Shown here one piece after another: positions 16,968 to 25,746 of a DNA stretch of 64,000 nucleotides. The position numbers were made by a program, and so were the translations under genes. Position 1 is the stretch's first letter; each line of letters starts with the position of its first letter. Below the pieces are notes generated by a model. It was not told where the DNA came from and searched no databases. It saw nothing but the letters and a program-made list of their open reading frames with translations. The DNA comes from Minisyncoccota bacterium (GTDB lineage Bacteria; Patescibacteriota; Minisyncoccia; Phycocordibacterales; UBA9973), in contig JBAZSF010000001.1 in assembly GCA_041662525.1 (NCBI GenBank), positions 41,383 to 105,382 of the forward strand. Direction: 5' to 3'.

Positions 16968-18748
16968 AAACAGAAACTAAACCACATTCGACAGGCTCAG
17001 TGTCTACAACCTGCCAAAACTGTAAAGAAGACTTCGTTATTGAACCGGAGGATTTTAATTTCTACGAAAAAATGAAAGTTCCAGCTCCGACTTTTTGCCC
17101 TCTTTGTCGAGCAGAGAGGAGGTTTGCTTTTAGAAACGAACGTAAACTTTTTAAGGTAAAAGATACTTTTACTGGTAAAGAAATTTTTTCATTATACCCA
17201 GAAGAAAGTGGCAGAAAAATTATTACTCAAGAAGAGTGGTATGGGGATGGCTGGGATGCGATGGAATATGCCCGCGAATATGATTTTTCTCGACCGTTTT
17301 TCGAGCAATTTTTTGAACTTCAAAGAGAAGTGCCTATTTACAATCTAAATGTACAAAGAATGATTAATAGTCCATATTCTGGAAACGCTACAGCGTTAAA
17401 AAACTGTTACCTCTGTTTTCATTCTAATTATACTGAAGATAGTATGTATGGCAGTGCGAATGATCATTGCAAAGATTGCGTGGATAATTCTCACATTCAA
17501 TATTCAGAACGATGTTATGAATGTTTTTGGTTAGAAAAATGTTATCAATGTTATTTTTCTATAATGTGTGGAGAATCACACAATCTTTTTTTATGTCGTA
17601 ATTGTTTAGGATGCAATGATTGTTTTGGCTGCGCAAATTTACGCAAATCCTCTTACTGTATTTTCAATAAGCAATATTCTAAAGAAAATTATTTTAAAGA
17701 AATAGAAAGTATGAAATTGAATACTATTTTCGGCTTAAAAAAAATGCGAGGTAAAGCTAGAGCCTTTTGGTTAACTCAGCCAACAAAATCTCAACATGGT
17801 CTTAAAAATTTAAATTCAACAGGTTCTCATGTTACACATTGTAAAAATGTGAATGATAGTTTTTTGATCAGAGGAAGTGAAAATATGCGTTACTGCCAAC
17901 ATATGCAAGTACCTGCGAATAAAGATTGCTATGATGTTTCTAATTGGGGAGAAAATACAGAACTTTCTTATGAGACTTTAGTGTGTGGTGAAAATGCCTA
18001 CAACATGAAATTTAGTTTCAATTGCTGGCCGACATGCACGGACAGTGAATACTGCATGGATCTCTTTAGTTGCTCAGATTGTTTTGGCTGTGTGGGTTTA
18101 AAGAAAAAACAATATTGTATTTTCAATAAACAATATACTAAAGAAGAATACTATCAGATAATAGAAAAAATTAAAAAACAAATGGATGATATTCCTTATA
18201 CTGACAAGCAAGGTCTTATTTATAAGTACGGAGAATTTTTCCCAATAGAATTTTCTCAGTCTGGATATAATAATACTGTCGCAATTCAACATTTCCCACT
18301 TACGAAAACAGAAGCAGAAAAAAAGGGATACCTATGGGTAGAAGCGCCCCAGAGTGAATATAGAATTACTATTAAATCATCCGAACTTCCGAATTCTATT
18401 CCTGAAGAAAATGAAATTTTAAAAGAAATTATAGAATGCGAGAATTGTAAAAAAGCTTATCGGATAATGGAAAATGAATTAATTTTTTTGCGTAAAGAAA
18501 ATCTGCCTCTGCCTGATTTGTGTCATGATTGCAGATATGATAGAAGAATAAAGGATAGACTATCGATCAGATCGTATGACCAATCTTGCATGTGCGGAGG
18601 AACTTTAGACGAAACTGGAATTTATAAAAATACCGTTAAACATCTCCATGCAGATGAACCGTGCGGAGAGAAATTTAAAACTGGACACGCTCCAGAAAAT
18701 AAAGAGATAGTTTATTGTGAAAAATGTTATCAACAAGAAGTTTACTAG
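16964..18748 (+). CDS. cysteine-rich multi-zinc-ribbon-like protein of unknown function (594 aa); paralog of 47951..49681
   Basis: ATGA start/stop overlap with purL. About 50 Cys arranged mostly as CxxC pairs. N- and C-terminal C-x2-C...CP-x-CR ribbons; two internal ~170-aa repeats ending YCIFNKQY(S/T)KEEY; CRNCLGCNDCFGC run. Confidence 0.75.
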   Translation: MKTETKPHSTGSVSTTCQNCKEDFVIEPEDFNFYEKMKVPAPTFCPLCRAERRFAFRNERKLFKVKDTFTGKEIFSLYPEESGRKIITQEEWYGDGWDAMEYAREYDFSRPFFEQFFELQREVPIYNLNVQRMINSPYSGNATALKNCYLCFHSNYTEDSMYGSANDHCKDCVDNSHIQYSERCYECFWLEKCYQCYFSIMCGESHNLFLCRNCLGCNDCFGCANLRKSSYCIFNKQYSKENYFKEIESMKLNTIFGLKKMRGKARAFWLTQPTKSQHGLKNLNSTGSHVTHCKNVNDSFLIRGSENMRYCQHMQVPANKDCYDVSNWGENTELSYETLVCGENAYNMKFSFNCWPTCTDSEYCMDLFSCSDCFGCVGLKKKQYCIFNKQYTKEEYYQIIEKIKKQMDDIPYTDKQGLIYKYGEFFPIEFSQSGYNNTVAIQHFPLTKTEAEKKGYLWVEAPQSEYRITIKSSELPNSIPEENEILKEIIECENCKKAYRIMENELIFLRKENLPLPDLCHDCRYDRRIKDRLSIRSYDQSCMCGGTLDETGIYKNTVKHLHADEPCGEKFKTGHAPENKEIVYCEKCYQQEVY

Positions 18749-18795
18749 CGTCGCGCTTTGATGGACGATTGCGCGACATGATTTCGTAAAATCAA
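18749..18795. repeat. conserved hairpin element GTCGCGC-(14)-GCGCGAC + CATGATTTCGTAAAATCAA immediately 5' of the purQ ATG; homolog at 33583
   Basis: Near-identical 45-nt element also precedes mrdA, with a compensatory T-A to C-G change in the stem. Confidence 0.65.
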
Positions 18796-19551
18796 ATGAA
18801 AAAAATAAAACCAAAAATAATAATAATGTCGGGATATGGACTTAATTGTGAAGAAGAAACAAAGTTTGCTTTTGAAAAAGTCGGAGGGCTTGCAGACATT
18901 GTACACATTAATGACTTAATTACTAAACCTAAAATACTTTCGGAATATAAAATATTAGTTTTCCCAGGGGGATTTTCTTTTGGAGATGATACTGGTAGTG
19001 GAAAAGCGTATGCAAATAAATTTAAAAATCATTTAGCGAAAGAATTAACTGAATTTCTATCACGTGATACTCTTACTATTGGAATCTGTAATGGATTTCA
19101 AATAATAACTAATCTAGGAATTTTACCCGGAGGGCTTACTTATAATAAAAATGGGCAATATATAGATAGATGGGTTGACTTAGAAGCAAAAGGAAACAGT
19201 CCTTGGCTCCAAGGGGTTAAAAAAATATCACTACCTATAGCGCACGGTGAAGGACACTACGTAATTTCTCAAAAAGAATACCTAAAAATGAAACAAAATA
19301 AGGAAATTGCTTTTATTTATACAAATGGAGAAATATGTAAGTTTCAAAACCTCGAGAAAAATCCAAACGGATCAGAACATGACATTGCGGGAGTTTTAGC
19401 ATATAATGGCAGAGTGCTCGGCATGATGCCACATCCAGAAAGAGCCATGTTTTCACATCAAAGTCCTACGTGGCAACTAAATAAAAAGGTTTCAAAAGAT
19501 GGAGTAGGATTACAGATTTTTAAAAACGGTATTAATTATTTTAAAAAATAA
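18796..19551 (+). CDS. purQ: phosphoribosylformylglycinamidine synthase subunit PurQ (glutaminase)
   Basis: GICNGFQI catalytic Cys; HGEGHY...MMPHPER triad region. Confidence 0.9.
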   Translation: MKKIKPKIIIMSGYGLNCEEETKFAFEKVGGLADIVHINDLITKPKILSEYKILVFPGGFSFGDDTGSGKAYANKFKNHLAKELTEFLSRDTLTIGICNGFQIITNLGILPGGLTYNKNGQYIDRWVDLEAKGNSPWLQGVKKISLPIAHGEGHYVISQKEYLKMKQNKEIAFIYTNGEICKFQNLEKNPNGSEHDIAGVLAYNGRVLGMMPHPERAMFSHQSPTWQLNKKVSKDGVGLQIFKNGINYFKK

Positions 19552-19553
19552 AA

Positions 19554-20951
19554 ATGAGTGAGCTAAAAGAAAAATGTGGGATCGTAGGAATATACGGCAA
19601 GAATTTGCCTATTTCCAGATTGGCATTTTTTGCTTTATTTGCACTACAACATAGGGGGCAAGAAGCATCAGGAATTACTACAAATGATGGTAAAAAATTT
19701 CGTACCCACAAAGGCGCAGGACTCGTATCTCAGGTGTACACAGAAAAAACAATAAAAAAATTGACGGGACATATCGCTATTGGGCACAACAGATATTCTA
19801 CTTCAAAAGGCGGAGCCTTAAATCACGCTCAACCAGTTGTAAATAACGATAAATCTTTTGCCCTAGCGCACAATGGTAATTTACCAAGCACAAAAGCATT
19901 AGAAAATTTTCTTTCTTCAAAAAAAGTATTGAAAAAAGACCGTAATGATTCGGAACTCATGGCTGATGCGATTGATTTTTATATCAAAGAAGGTAATTCA
20001 ATTTCAAAATCTGTAGAAAAATCTTTTCCTTTATTTACTGGGGCTTTTTCATTAGTAATGATGACTAAGGATACCTTGGTCGCTGTGCGTGATGCTTATG
20101 GAATGCGCCCACTTGCCATAGGCAAGCTGGAAAAAGGTTATGTTGTTGCTTCAGAAACATGCGCTCTACAAACTGTCGGTGCAATATTTTTGAGAGAAGT
20201 AAAACCCGGAGAAATGATTGTTATAAATAAGAATGGTCTAAAAAGTATCCAATTAGCACCACCCAATCCGAAGCACGACATATTTGAATATGTTTATTTC
20301 GCTAGACCGGACAGTGTACTAAATGGTAAATTGATTTATGAAGTAAGGAGAAATTTTGGGAAAGTTCTCGCTCAAGAATTTAAGAAGAAAGTTGATATTA
20401 TCGTACCTGTCCCTGATACAGCTATGCCGGTAGCTATAGGATATAGTCAGACTTCAGGTATTCCAATGGAAATGGCTTTAGTGAAAAATCGCTATGTCCA
20501 TAGAACTTTTATCGAACCTGATCAAAAATCCAGGCGGAATAGTGTGGCGCTCAAACTCATACCTCTACCTCAAATTTTGAAAGGTAAAAAAATAATAGTA
20601 ATAGATGATTCTATTGTAAGGGGACACACTTGCAGAAAATTAGTTAAAACACTTTTTAAATCAGGCGCCAAAGAAGTGCATCTTTTGATTTCTTCTCCAC
20701 CAGTCCGCTTTCCAGATTTTTACGGTATGGATACTCCAAATCAAGATGAATTAATTGCGTCTTATAAAACTATAGAAGAAGTTCGTAAATTCATGGGTGC
20801 TACATCACTGCACTATCTTTCACTCGATGGATTGATAAAGGCCATTGGTCTACCAAAAGATAAATTATCTACTTCCTGCTTTACAGGTATTTATCCTATA
20901 GATTTAAAAGAACGCAGAGAGGAAGTGGATTATAATATTTCAAAGGAATAA
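19554..20951 (+). CDS. purF: amidophosphoribosyltransferase
   Basis: N-terminal MxxxCGIVGIYG (Ntn Cys) and PRTase domain; 465 aa. Confidence 0.9.
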   Translation: MSELKEKCGIVGIYGKNLPISRLAFFALFALQHRGQEASGITTNDGKKFRTHKGAGLVSQVYTEKTIKKLTGHIAIGHNRYSTSKGGALNHAQPVVNNDKSFALAHNGNLPSTKALENFLSSKKVLKKDRNDSELMADAIDFYIKEGNSISKSVEKSFPLFTGAFSLVMMTKDTLVAVRDAYGMRPLAIGKLEKGYVVASETCALQTVGAIFLREVKPGEMIVINKNGLKSIQLAPPNPKHDIFEYVYFARPDSVLNGKLIYEVRRNFGKVLAQEFKKKVDIIVPVPDTAMPVAIGYSQTSGIPMEMALVKNRYVHRTFIEPDQKSRRNSVALKLIPLPQILKGKKIIVIDDSIVRGHTCRKLVKTLFKSGAKEVHLLISSPPVRFPDFYGMDTPNQDELIASYKTIEEVRKFMGATSLHYLSLDGLIKAIGLPKDKLSTSCFTGIYPIDLKERREEVDYNISKE

Positions 20952-20964
20952 AAATAGTATCAGC

Positions 20965-21585
20965 ATGAAAAAAAAATTAGCAATATTAATTTCGAATGCT
21001 GGTACCGGCACTAACCTAAAAGCCATTATCGATGGAATTAATTCTGGGGTAATTAATGCCGAAATTTGCGCAGTTATTTCAGATACTGTAAATGCAAAAG
21101 GTCTAGAACACGCTAGAGCAAATAATTTAAAAGTCGAAATTTGTGAAAATAAAGAAAACCTATTGCCACTTTTGCAAAAATTAAATCCCAGTGAAGACTT
21201 AATGTATATTTGTTTAGCAGGTTGGAAACAAATTATCACAGATGAGGTGATTCTTGCTTTTCCAAATAAGATTTTAAACCTACACCCTGGATTAATCCCT
21301 GATACAACTAATGAAAATGTTAAAAATCCAGACGGAACGGAAGCCCTGTGGAATAAAGGCATGATGACCAATAAAGCAATTAAAAATTTCTTTGATCTAA
21401 AAGCTACTTTTGCTGGTTCAAGTATTCATTTTTTAACCTTAAATTTTGATTTTGGGCTAGTTTTAGGAAGAACTTTTGAGAAAATTGAAGAGGATGACGA
21501 TGTTGAGTCATTGTATTCAAGATTAAAGGCAAAAGAGAATCATTTGTATATAGAAGTTTTAGAAAAATTGTGTCAAAATGAATAA
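20965..21585 (+). CDS. purN: phosphoribosylglycinamide formyltransferase
   Basis: LAILISNAGTGTNLKAII ... NLHPGLIPD motif. Confidence 0.85.
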   Translation: MKKKLAILISNAGTGTNLKAIIDGINSGVINAEICAVISDTVNAKGLEHARANNLKVEICENKENLLPLLQKLNPSEDLMYICLAGWKQIITDEVILAFPNKILNLHPGLIPDTTNENVKNPDGTEALWNKGMMTNKAIKNFFDLKATFAGSSIHFLTLNFDFGLVLGRTFEKIEEDDDVESLYSRLKAKENHLYIEVLEKLCQNE

Positions 21586-22870
21586 CATGCAAAAAATATT
21601 AATAATTGGGGCTGGAGGAAGAGAGCATGCAATCGGATGGAAAGTAGCACAATCGCGGAACGCTGGGCAGATTTTTTTTGCTCCTGGAAATGGTGGCACA
21701 AGTAATATTGGAATTAATGTAGACCTAAAGGCAACTGATATTTCAGGGCTGTTAGAATTTGCCAAAAAAGAAAAAATTGATTTAACCTTGGCTTTACCCG
21801 ATGATCCGCTTGCTCTTGGTATCGTGGATGAATTTAAAAAAAATAATTTGCGTATTTTCGGTCCGACAAAACAAGCTAGTAAAATCGAATGGTCAAAAGC
21901 TTTTTCAAAAGATTTTATGCATCGACATAATTTGCCGACAGCGAAATTTGAAATATTTGATAATTTTGAAAAAGCAAAAGAATATGTTTCAAAACAATCT
22001 TTACCTATAGTTATCAAAGCAAGCGGTTTAGCTTTAGGTAAAGGTGTAATAATTTGCCAAAACTTAGAGGAAGCAAATGAGGCCCTAGAAAATATGTTTA
22101 TAAAAAAAGTTTTTGGGGATGCTGGTAATGAGGTGGTGGTAGAAGAGTTCCTCATTGGTCCAGAAATTTCTATTCATGCATTTTCAGATGAGAAAAATTA
22201 TAAAATGTTTCCGACTTCTCAGGATCATAAAAAGATAGGGGAAAATGATACTGGACTGAATACTGGCGGAATGGGTACGATAGCCCCACTTCCTTTTGTA
22301 ACAAATGAACTTTTAGAAAAGATTGAAAAAGATATTGTTGTTCCGACCGTGCATTCAATGGAGAAAGACGGAAATCCTTTTTTAGGTGTGATATACCCAG
22401 GACTAATACTCACAAAAGATGGTCCTAAGATTCTTGAATATAATGCGCGTTTTGGTGATCCAGAAACTCAAACTTATATGAGACTTTTAGATACAGATAT
22501 TTTGGATATTTTCAATTCATGTATTGATGGAAAACTTGATCAAATAGAAATAAATTGGAGCAAAAAATCTGCTTGCACCATAGTATTAGCTTCTGGAGGG
22601 TATCCAGAAAATTACGATAAAGGGAAGATAATTTCAGGAATTTCTGAAGCAGAAATGCAACCTGATATCGTTGTTTTTCATGCTGGTACAAAAATAAAAA
22701 ATGACGAACTTGTCACTAGTGGCGGGCGAGTACTAGGAATTACCGCCACAGGAGATACCCTAGAAGAAGCCCTTGCAAAAGCTTATAAAGCCATAGAAAA
22801 AATTTCATTTGAAGGAATGCAATATAGAAAAGACATCGGCCAGGGTGCATTAAAAATAAAAAATATTTAA
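21578..22870 (+). CDS. purD: phosphoribosylamine--glycine ligase
   Basis: ILIIGAGGREHAIGWKVAQS N-terminus and ATP-grasp core; 8-nt overlap with purN. Confidence 0.9.
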   Translation: MNNMQKILIIGAGGREHAIGWKVAQSRNAGQIFFAPGNGGTSNIGINVDLKATDISGLLEFAKKEKIDLTLALPDDPLALGIVDEFKKNNLRIFGPTKQASKIEWSKAFSKDFMHRHNLPTAKFEIFDNFEKAKEYVSKQSLPIVIKASGLALGKGVIICQNLEEANEALENMFIKKVFGDAGNEVVVEEFLIGPEISIHAFSDEKNYKMFPTSQDHKKIGENDTGLNTGGMGTIAPLPFVTNELLEKIEKDIVVPTVHSMEKDGNPFLGVIYPGLILTKDGPKILEYNARFGDPETQTYMRLLDTDILDIFNSCIDGKLDQIEINWSKKSACTIVLASGGYPENYDKGKIISGISEAEMQPDIVVFHAGTKIKNDELVTSGGRVLGITATGDTLEEALAKAYKAIEKISFEGMQYRKDIGQGALKIKNI

Positions 22871-24204
22871 TTATCCCAATTGAAGAATTGCTCTCTGTCT
22901 GGGCCGGTGCCGACGGAGATAATTTTTACATTCAGATCAGAGAGTTTATTTTTAATGTATTTTAAATAAGAAACAAGCTCTTTGGAAACTTTCTTTTTGT
23001 TATTTACTCCAGAATTTTTTTCTCCCCAACCATGAATATTTTCGGTCATCACATCTGTAACTTCATTTAAGTAAAGTGGAAATTCTTTTAGAATTTTTGT
23101 TTTGTTTTTCTCTTTAACTTTATACCCAGTCACTACTTTTATTTTATCACTCAAGCAAATATCAGCTTTATTAATGAAAATTCTATTGGCCCCCGATAGG
23201 GTAATAGCGTAACGCAAAGCAAATAAATCAAGCCAACCGCACATTCGTGGTCGTCCAGTCGTCGCTCCAAATTCTTGTCCTGCGTCTTGGAAAAGTTTTT
23301 CCAGAGCCGGATCTTTTATTCTAGCAGGAAAGCTTCCACCGCCTACTTTTGTCGTATAAGCTTTTATTACGCCATATATATTCCGTAAATAAGTATGAGG
23401 TACACCCAAGCCCAAGCAAACATTGGCTGGTAGGGTATTACTACTGGTGACATTAGGATAATCACCAAAATCAATATCCAGCATCACCGCCTGCGCACCT
23501 TCCGCTAAAATGTTTTTTCCTTCTTTTAATCTTTTTTGTATCAAAGATGCTAAGTCACAAATCTTCAATTTTTTAATTTCTTTTACTGCATTCAACCATT
23601 TTTCTTTAGCTTCTTTTATTTTTTTTATATCAATTTCAAAACCATATTTTTCTTTATACATATTTAAAAGATTCATATGAAATTCTGACAAAATAAACTC
23701 TTTCTTTTCAAAATCTGACAACAATATATCACCGATTAAAAACCCTCTCCTGTTTCGCACATCACCATAAGCAGGACCTATACCCCTAGATGTCGTACCT
23801 ACCTTGGTCCCCAGCTTGCCTCGGCGATGTTCTTCTGCTTGATCTAAAAAAGGATGTAAGTATGAAACTAACTTTGCCCGATTGGAAATAAAAAGACGGG
23901 GGGAGACATTGAACCCTAAATTTTTTAATTGCGATATTTCTGAAACTAAAGACAGGGCATCAACTACGACACCATTGCCAATATATAATTCTATATTTTT
24001 ATGAAGACAACCAGAAGGGATAATATGTCCGATAAAAGTGGTATTGCCTAATTTTAAAGTATGTCCTGCATTGGCTCCTCCTTGAAAACGTGCAACTCCA
24101 GAATAAATACCGTGGGATAAAAGTTGATCTATGTTTTTACCTTTTCCTTCATCTCCCCACTGAAGACCCACGACAACATCAATAAAACCATTTTTTTTAT
24201 TCAT
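22867..24204 (-). CDS. purA: adenylosuccinate synthetase
   Basis: VVVGLQWGDEGKGK P-loop and GNTTFIGHIIP motifs. Confidence 0.9.
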   Translation of the reverse strand: MNKKNGFIDVVVGLQWGDEGKGKNIDQLLSHGIYSGVARFQGGANAGHTLKLGNTTFIGHIIPSGCLHKNIELYIGNGVVVDALSLVSEISQLKNLGFNVSPRLFISNRAKLVSYLHPFLDQAEEHRRGKLGTKVGTTSRGIGPAYGDVRNRRGFLIGDILLSDFEKKEFILSEFHMNLLNMYKEKYGFEIDIKKIKEAKEKWLNAVKEIKKLKICDLASLIQKRLKEGKNILAEGAQAVMLDIDFGDYPNVTSSNTLPANVCLGLGVPHTYLRNIYGVIKAYTTKVGGGSFPARIKDPALEKLFQDAGQEFGATTGRPRMCGWLDLFALRYAITLSGANRIFINKADICLSDKIKVVTGYKVKEKNKTKILKEFPLYLNEVTDVMTENIHGWGEKNSGVNNKKKVSKELVSYLKYIKNKLSDLNVKIISVGTGPDREQFFNWDN

Positions 24205-24215
24205 AAAAAAATAAA

Positions 24216-25730
24216 TTACTGTCCAATACTATAGTTAGGGGACTCTTTAGTAATTGCAACATCATGAGGATGGCTTTCTTTTATGCCGGAATTAGTAATT
24301 TTAACAAATCTTGCATTATCTTGAAGAGTTTTTATGTTGGGTGTTCCACAATACCCCATACCAGCTCGAAGACCTCCGACGAGCTGATAAATCACTTCTG
24401 ATAAAACACCCTTAAAAGAAACTCTACCGACTATCCCTTCCGGTACAAGTTTTTTAATATCTTCTTCCATGTCTTGAAAATATCTGTCTTTAGAGCCGAG
24501 CTGCATAGCTTCAATAGAACCCATACCACGATAAGTTTTATATTTTCTAGATTCAAAAATAATTATTTCACCAGGAGATTCTTCAACTCCAGCAAAGAGG
24601 GAACCAGCCATTACAGAACTAGCTCCGGCGGCTATAGCTTTAGTAATATCTCCCGTATATCTAATACCTCCATCAGCAATAATAGGTACGCCAGAACCTT
24701 TTATGGCTTCCGCCACCTCATACACTGCAGAAAATTGAGGATAACCTACGCCAGTGATTATTCGAGTAGTACAAATCGATCCTGGCCCAATACCGACTTT
24801 TACGGCATCTGCTCCAGCTTTCACTAAAGCCAAAGCTGCATCTGCTGTAGCAATATTTCCCGCGATTACTTCTAATTGAGGAAATACTTTTTTTATTTTT
24901 TTTAACATTTCGATCACCCCTTTTGAATGACCATGAGCAGTATCAATAGCCACCACATCTACTCCATTTTGCACTAATGCTTGGACTCTTTCCAAGGTGT
25001 CATTTGATATCCCAACTGCCGCACCCACACGCAGACGACCTAAATTATCTCTAGAAGATTTCGGACGAGATTTTACTTTCATAATATCTTTGTAGGTAAT
25101 GAGACCGATAAGTTTATTTTTACTATCAACTAGTGGTAATTTTTCAACTTTGTATTCTGTTAATATCTTTTCAGCTTCTTTTAGATCGGTACGAATATTT
25201 CCAGTTATTAAATTTTCTTTAGTCATTATTTCACCTACCGAAAGTTCTAAATTTTTCTGAAATCGAAGATCCCGATTAGTTAAAATTCCTTTTAATTCCA
25301 TATTTTCATCAACAATTGGAATTCCACCGATCTTATTTTCTTCCATAATAGAAAGAGCTTCGCTCAATAAAGATTCTTCTGTTAGGGTTATGGGGTCATG
25401 GATCATTCCACTTTCGGAACGCTTAACCTTACGCACCTCGGCTGCCTGTTTTTCAATATTCATATTCTTATGAATAATTCCTATGCCTCCTTCTTGGGCC
25501 ATCGCTATAGCCATCGCACTTTCAGTGACCATATCCATGGCGGCAGAGACAAGAGGAACACTAAGTGTTATTTTTTTAGTCAGCTTTGAAGAAATATCAA
25601 CGTCACGAGGTAAAGTTTCGGAGTATTGTGGCACAAGCAAGACATCATCATAAGCCAAACCTTCTTTGAAGTTTTCGTTAAATTTTTTATTTCTATTTAT
25701 TACTTTATTTATTTTTACTTTCAAAGCCAT
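24216..25730 (-). CDS. guaB: IMP dehydrogenase
   Basis: [11 protein letters not shown], tandem CBS domains, catalytic loop [11 protein letters not shown]. Confidence 0.9.
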   Translation of the reverse strand: MALKVKINKVINRNKKFNENFKEGLAYDDVLLVPQYSETLPRDVDISSKLTKKITLSVPLVSAAMDMVTESAMAIAMAQEGGIGIIHKNMNIEKQAAEVRKVKRSESGMIHDPITLTEESLLSEALSIMEENKIGGIPIVDENMELKGILTNRDLRFQKNLELSVGEIMTKENLITGNIRTDLKEAEKILTEYKVEKLPLVDSKNKLIGLITYKDIMKVKSRPKSSRDNLGRLRVGAAVGISNDTLERVQALVQNGVDVVAIDTAHGHSKGVIEMLKKIKKVFPQLEVIAGNIATADAALALVKAGADAVKVGIGPGSICTTRIITGVGYPQFSAVYEVAEAIKGSGVPIIADGGIRYTGDITKAIAAGASSVMAGSLFAGVEESPGEIIIFESRKYKTYRGMGSIEAMQLGSKDRYFQDMEEDIKKLVPEGIVGRVSFKGVLSEVIYQLVGGLRAGMGYCGTPNIKTLQDNARFVKITNSGIKESHPHDVAITKESPNYSIGQ

Positions 25731-25746
25731 AATATATCGTGTATAC

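Noticed and set aside
24474-24827. 117-aa ORF antisense within guaB, and similar embedded ORFs (e.g. 14312-14770, 21559-22155, 37419-37937)
   Set aside because: All lie antisense or out of frame inside strongly supported conserved genes and have low-complexity translations.
25666-25746. 27-codon N-terminal extension of guaA given by the ORF track
   Set aside because: It would overlap guaB by 65 nt and is hydrophobic junk. The conserved GATase N-terminus starts at Met 25747.
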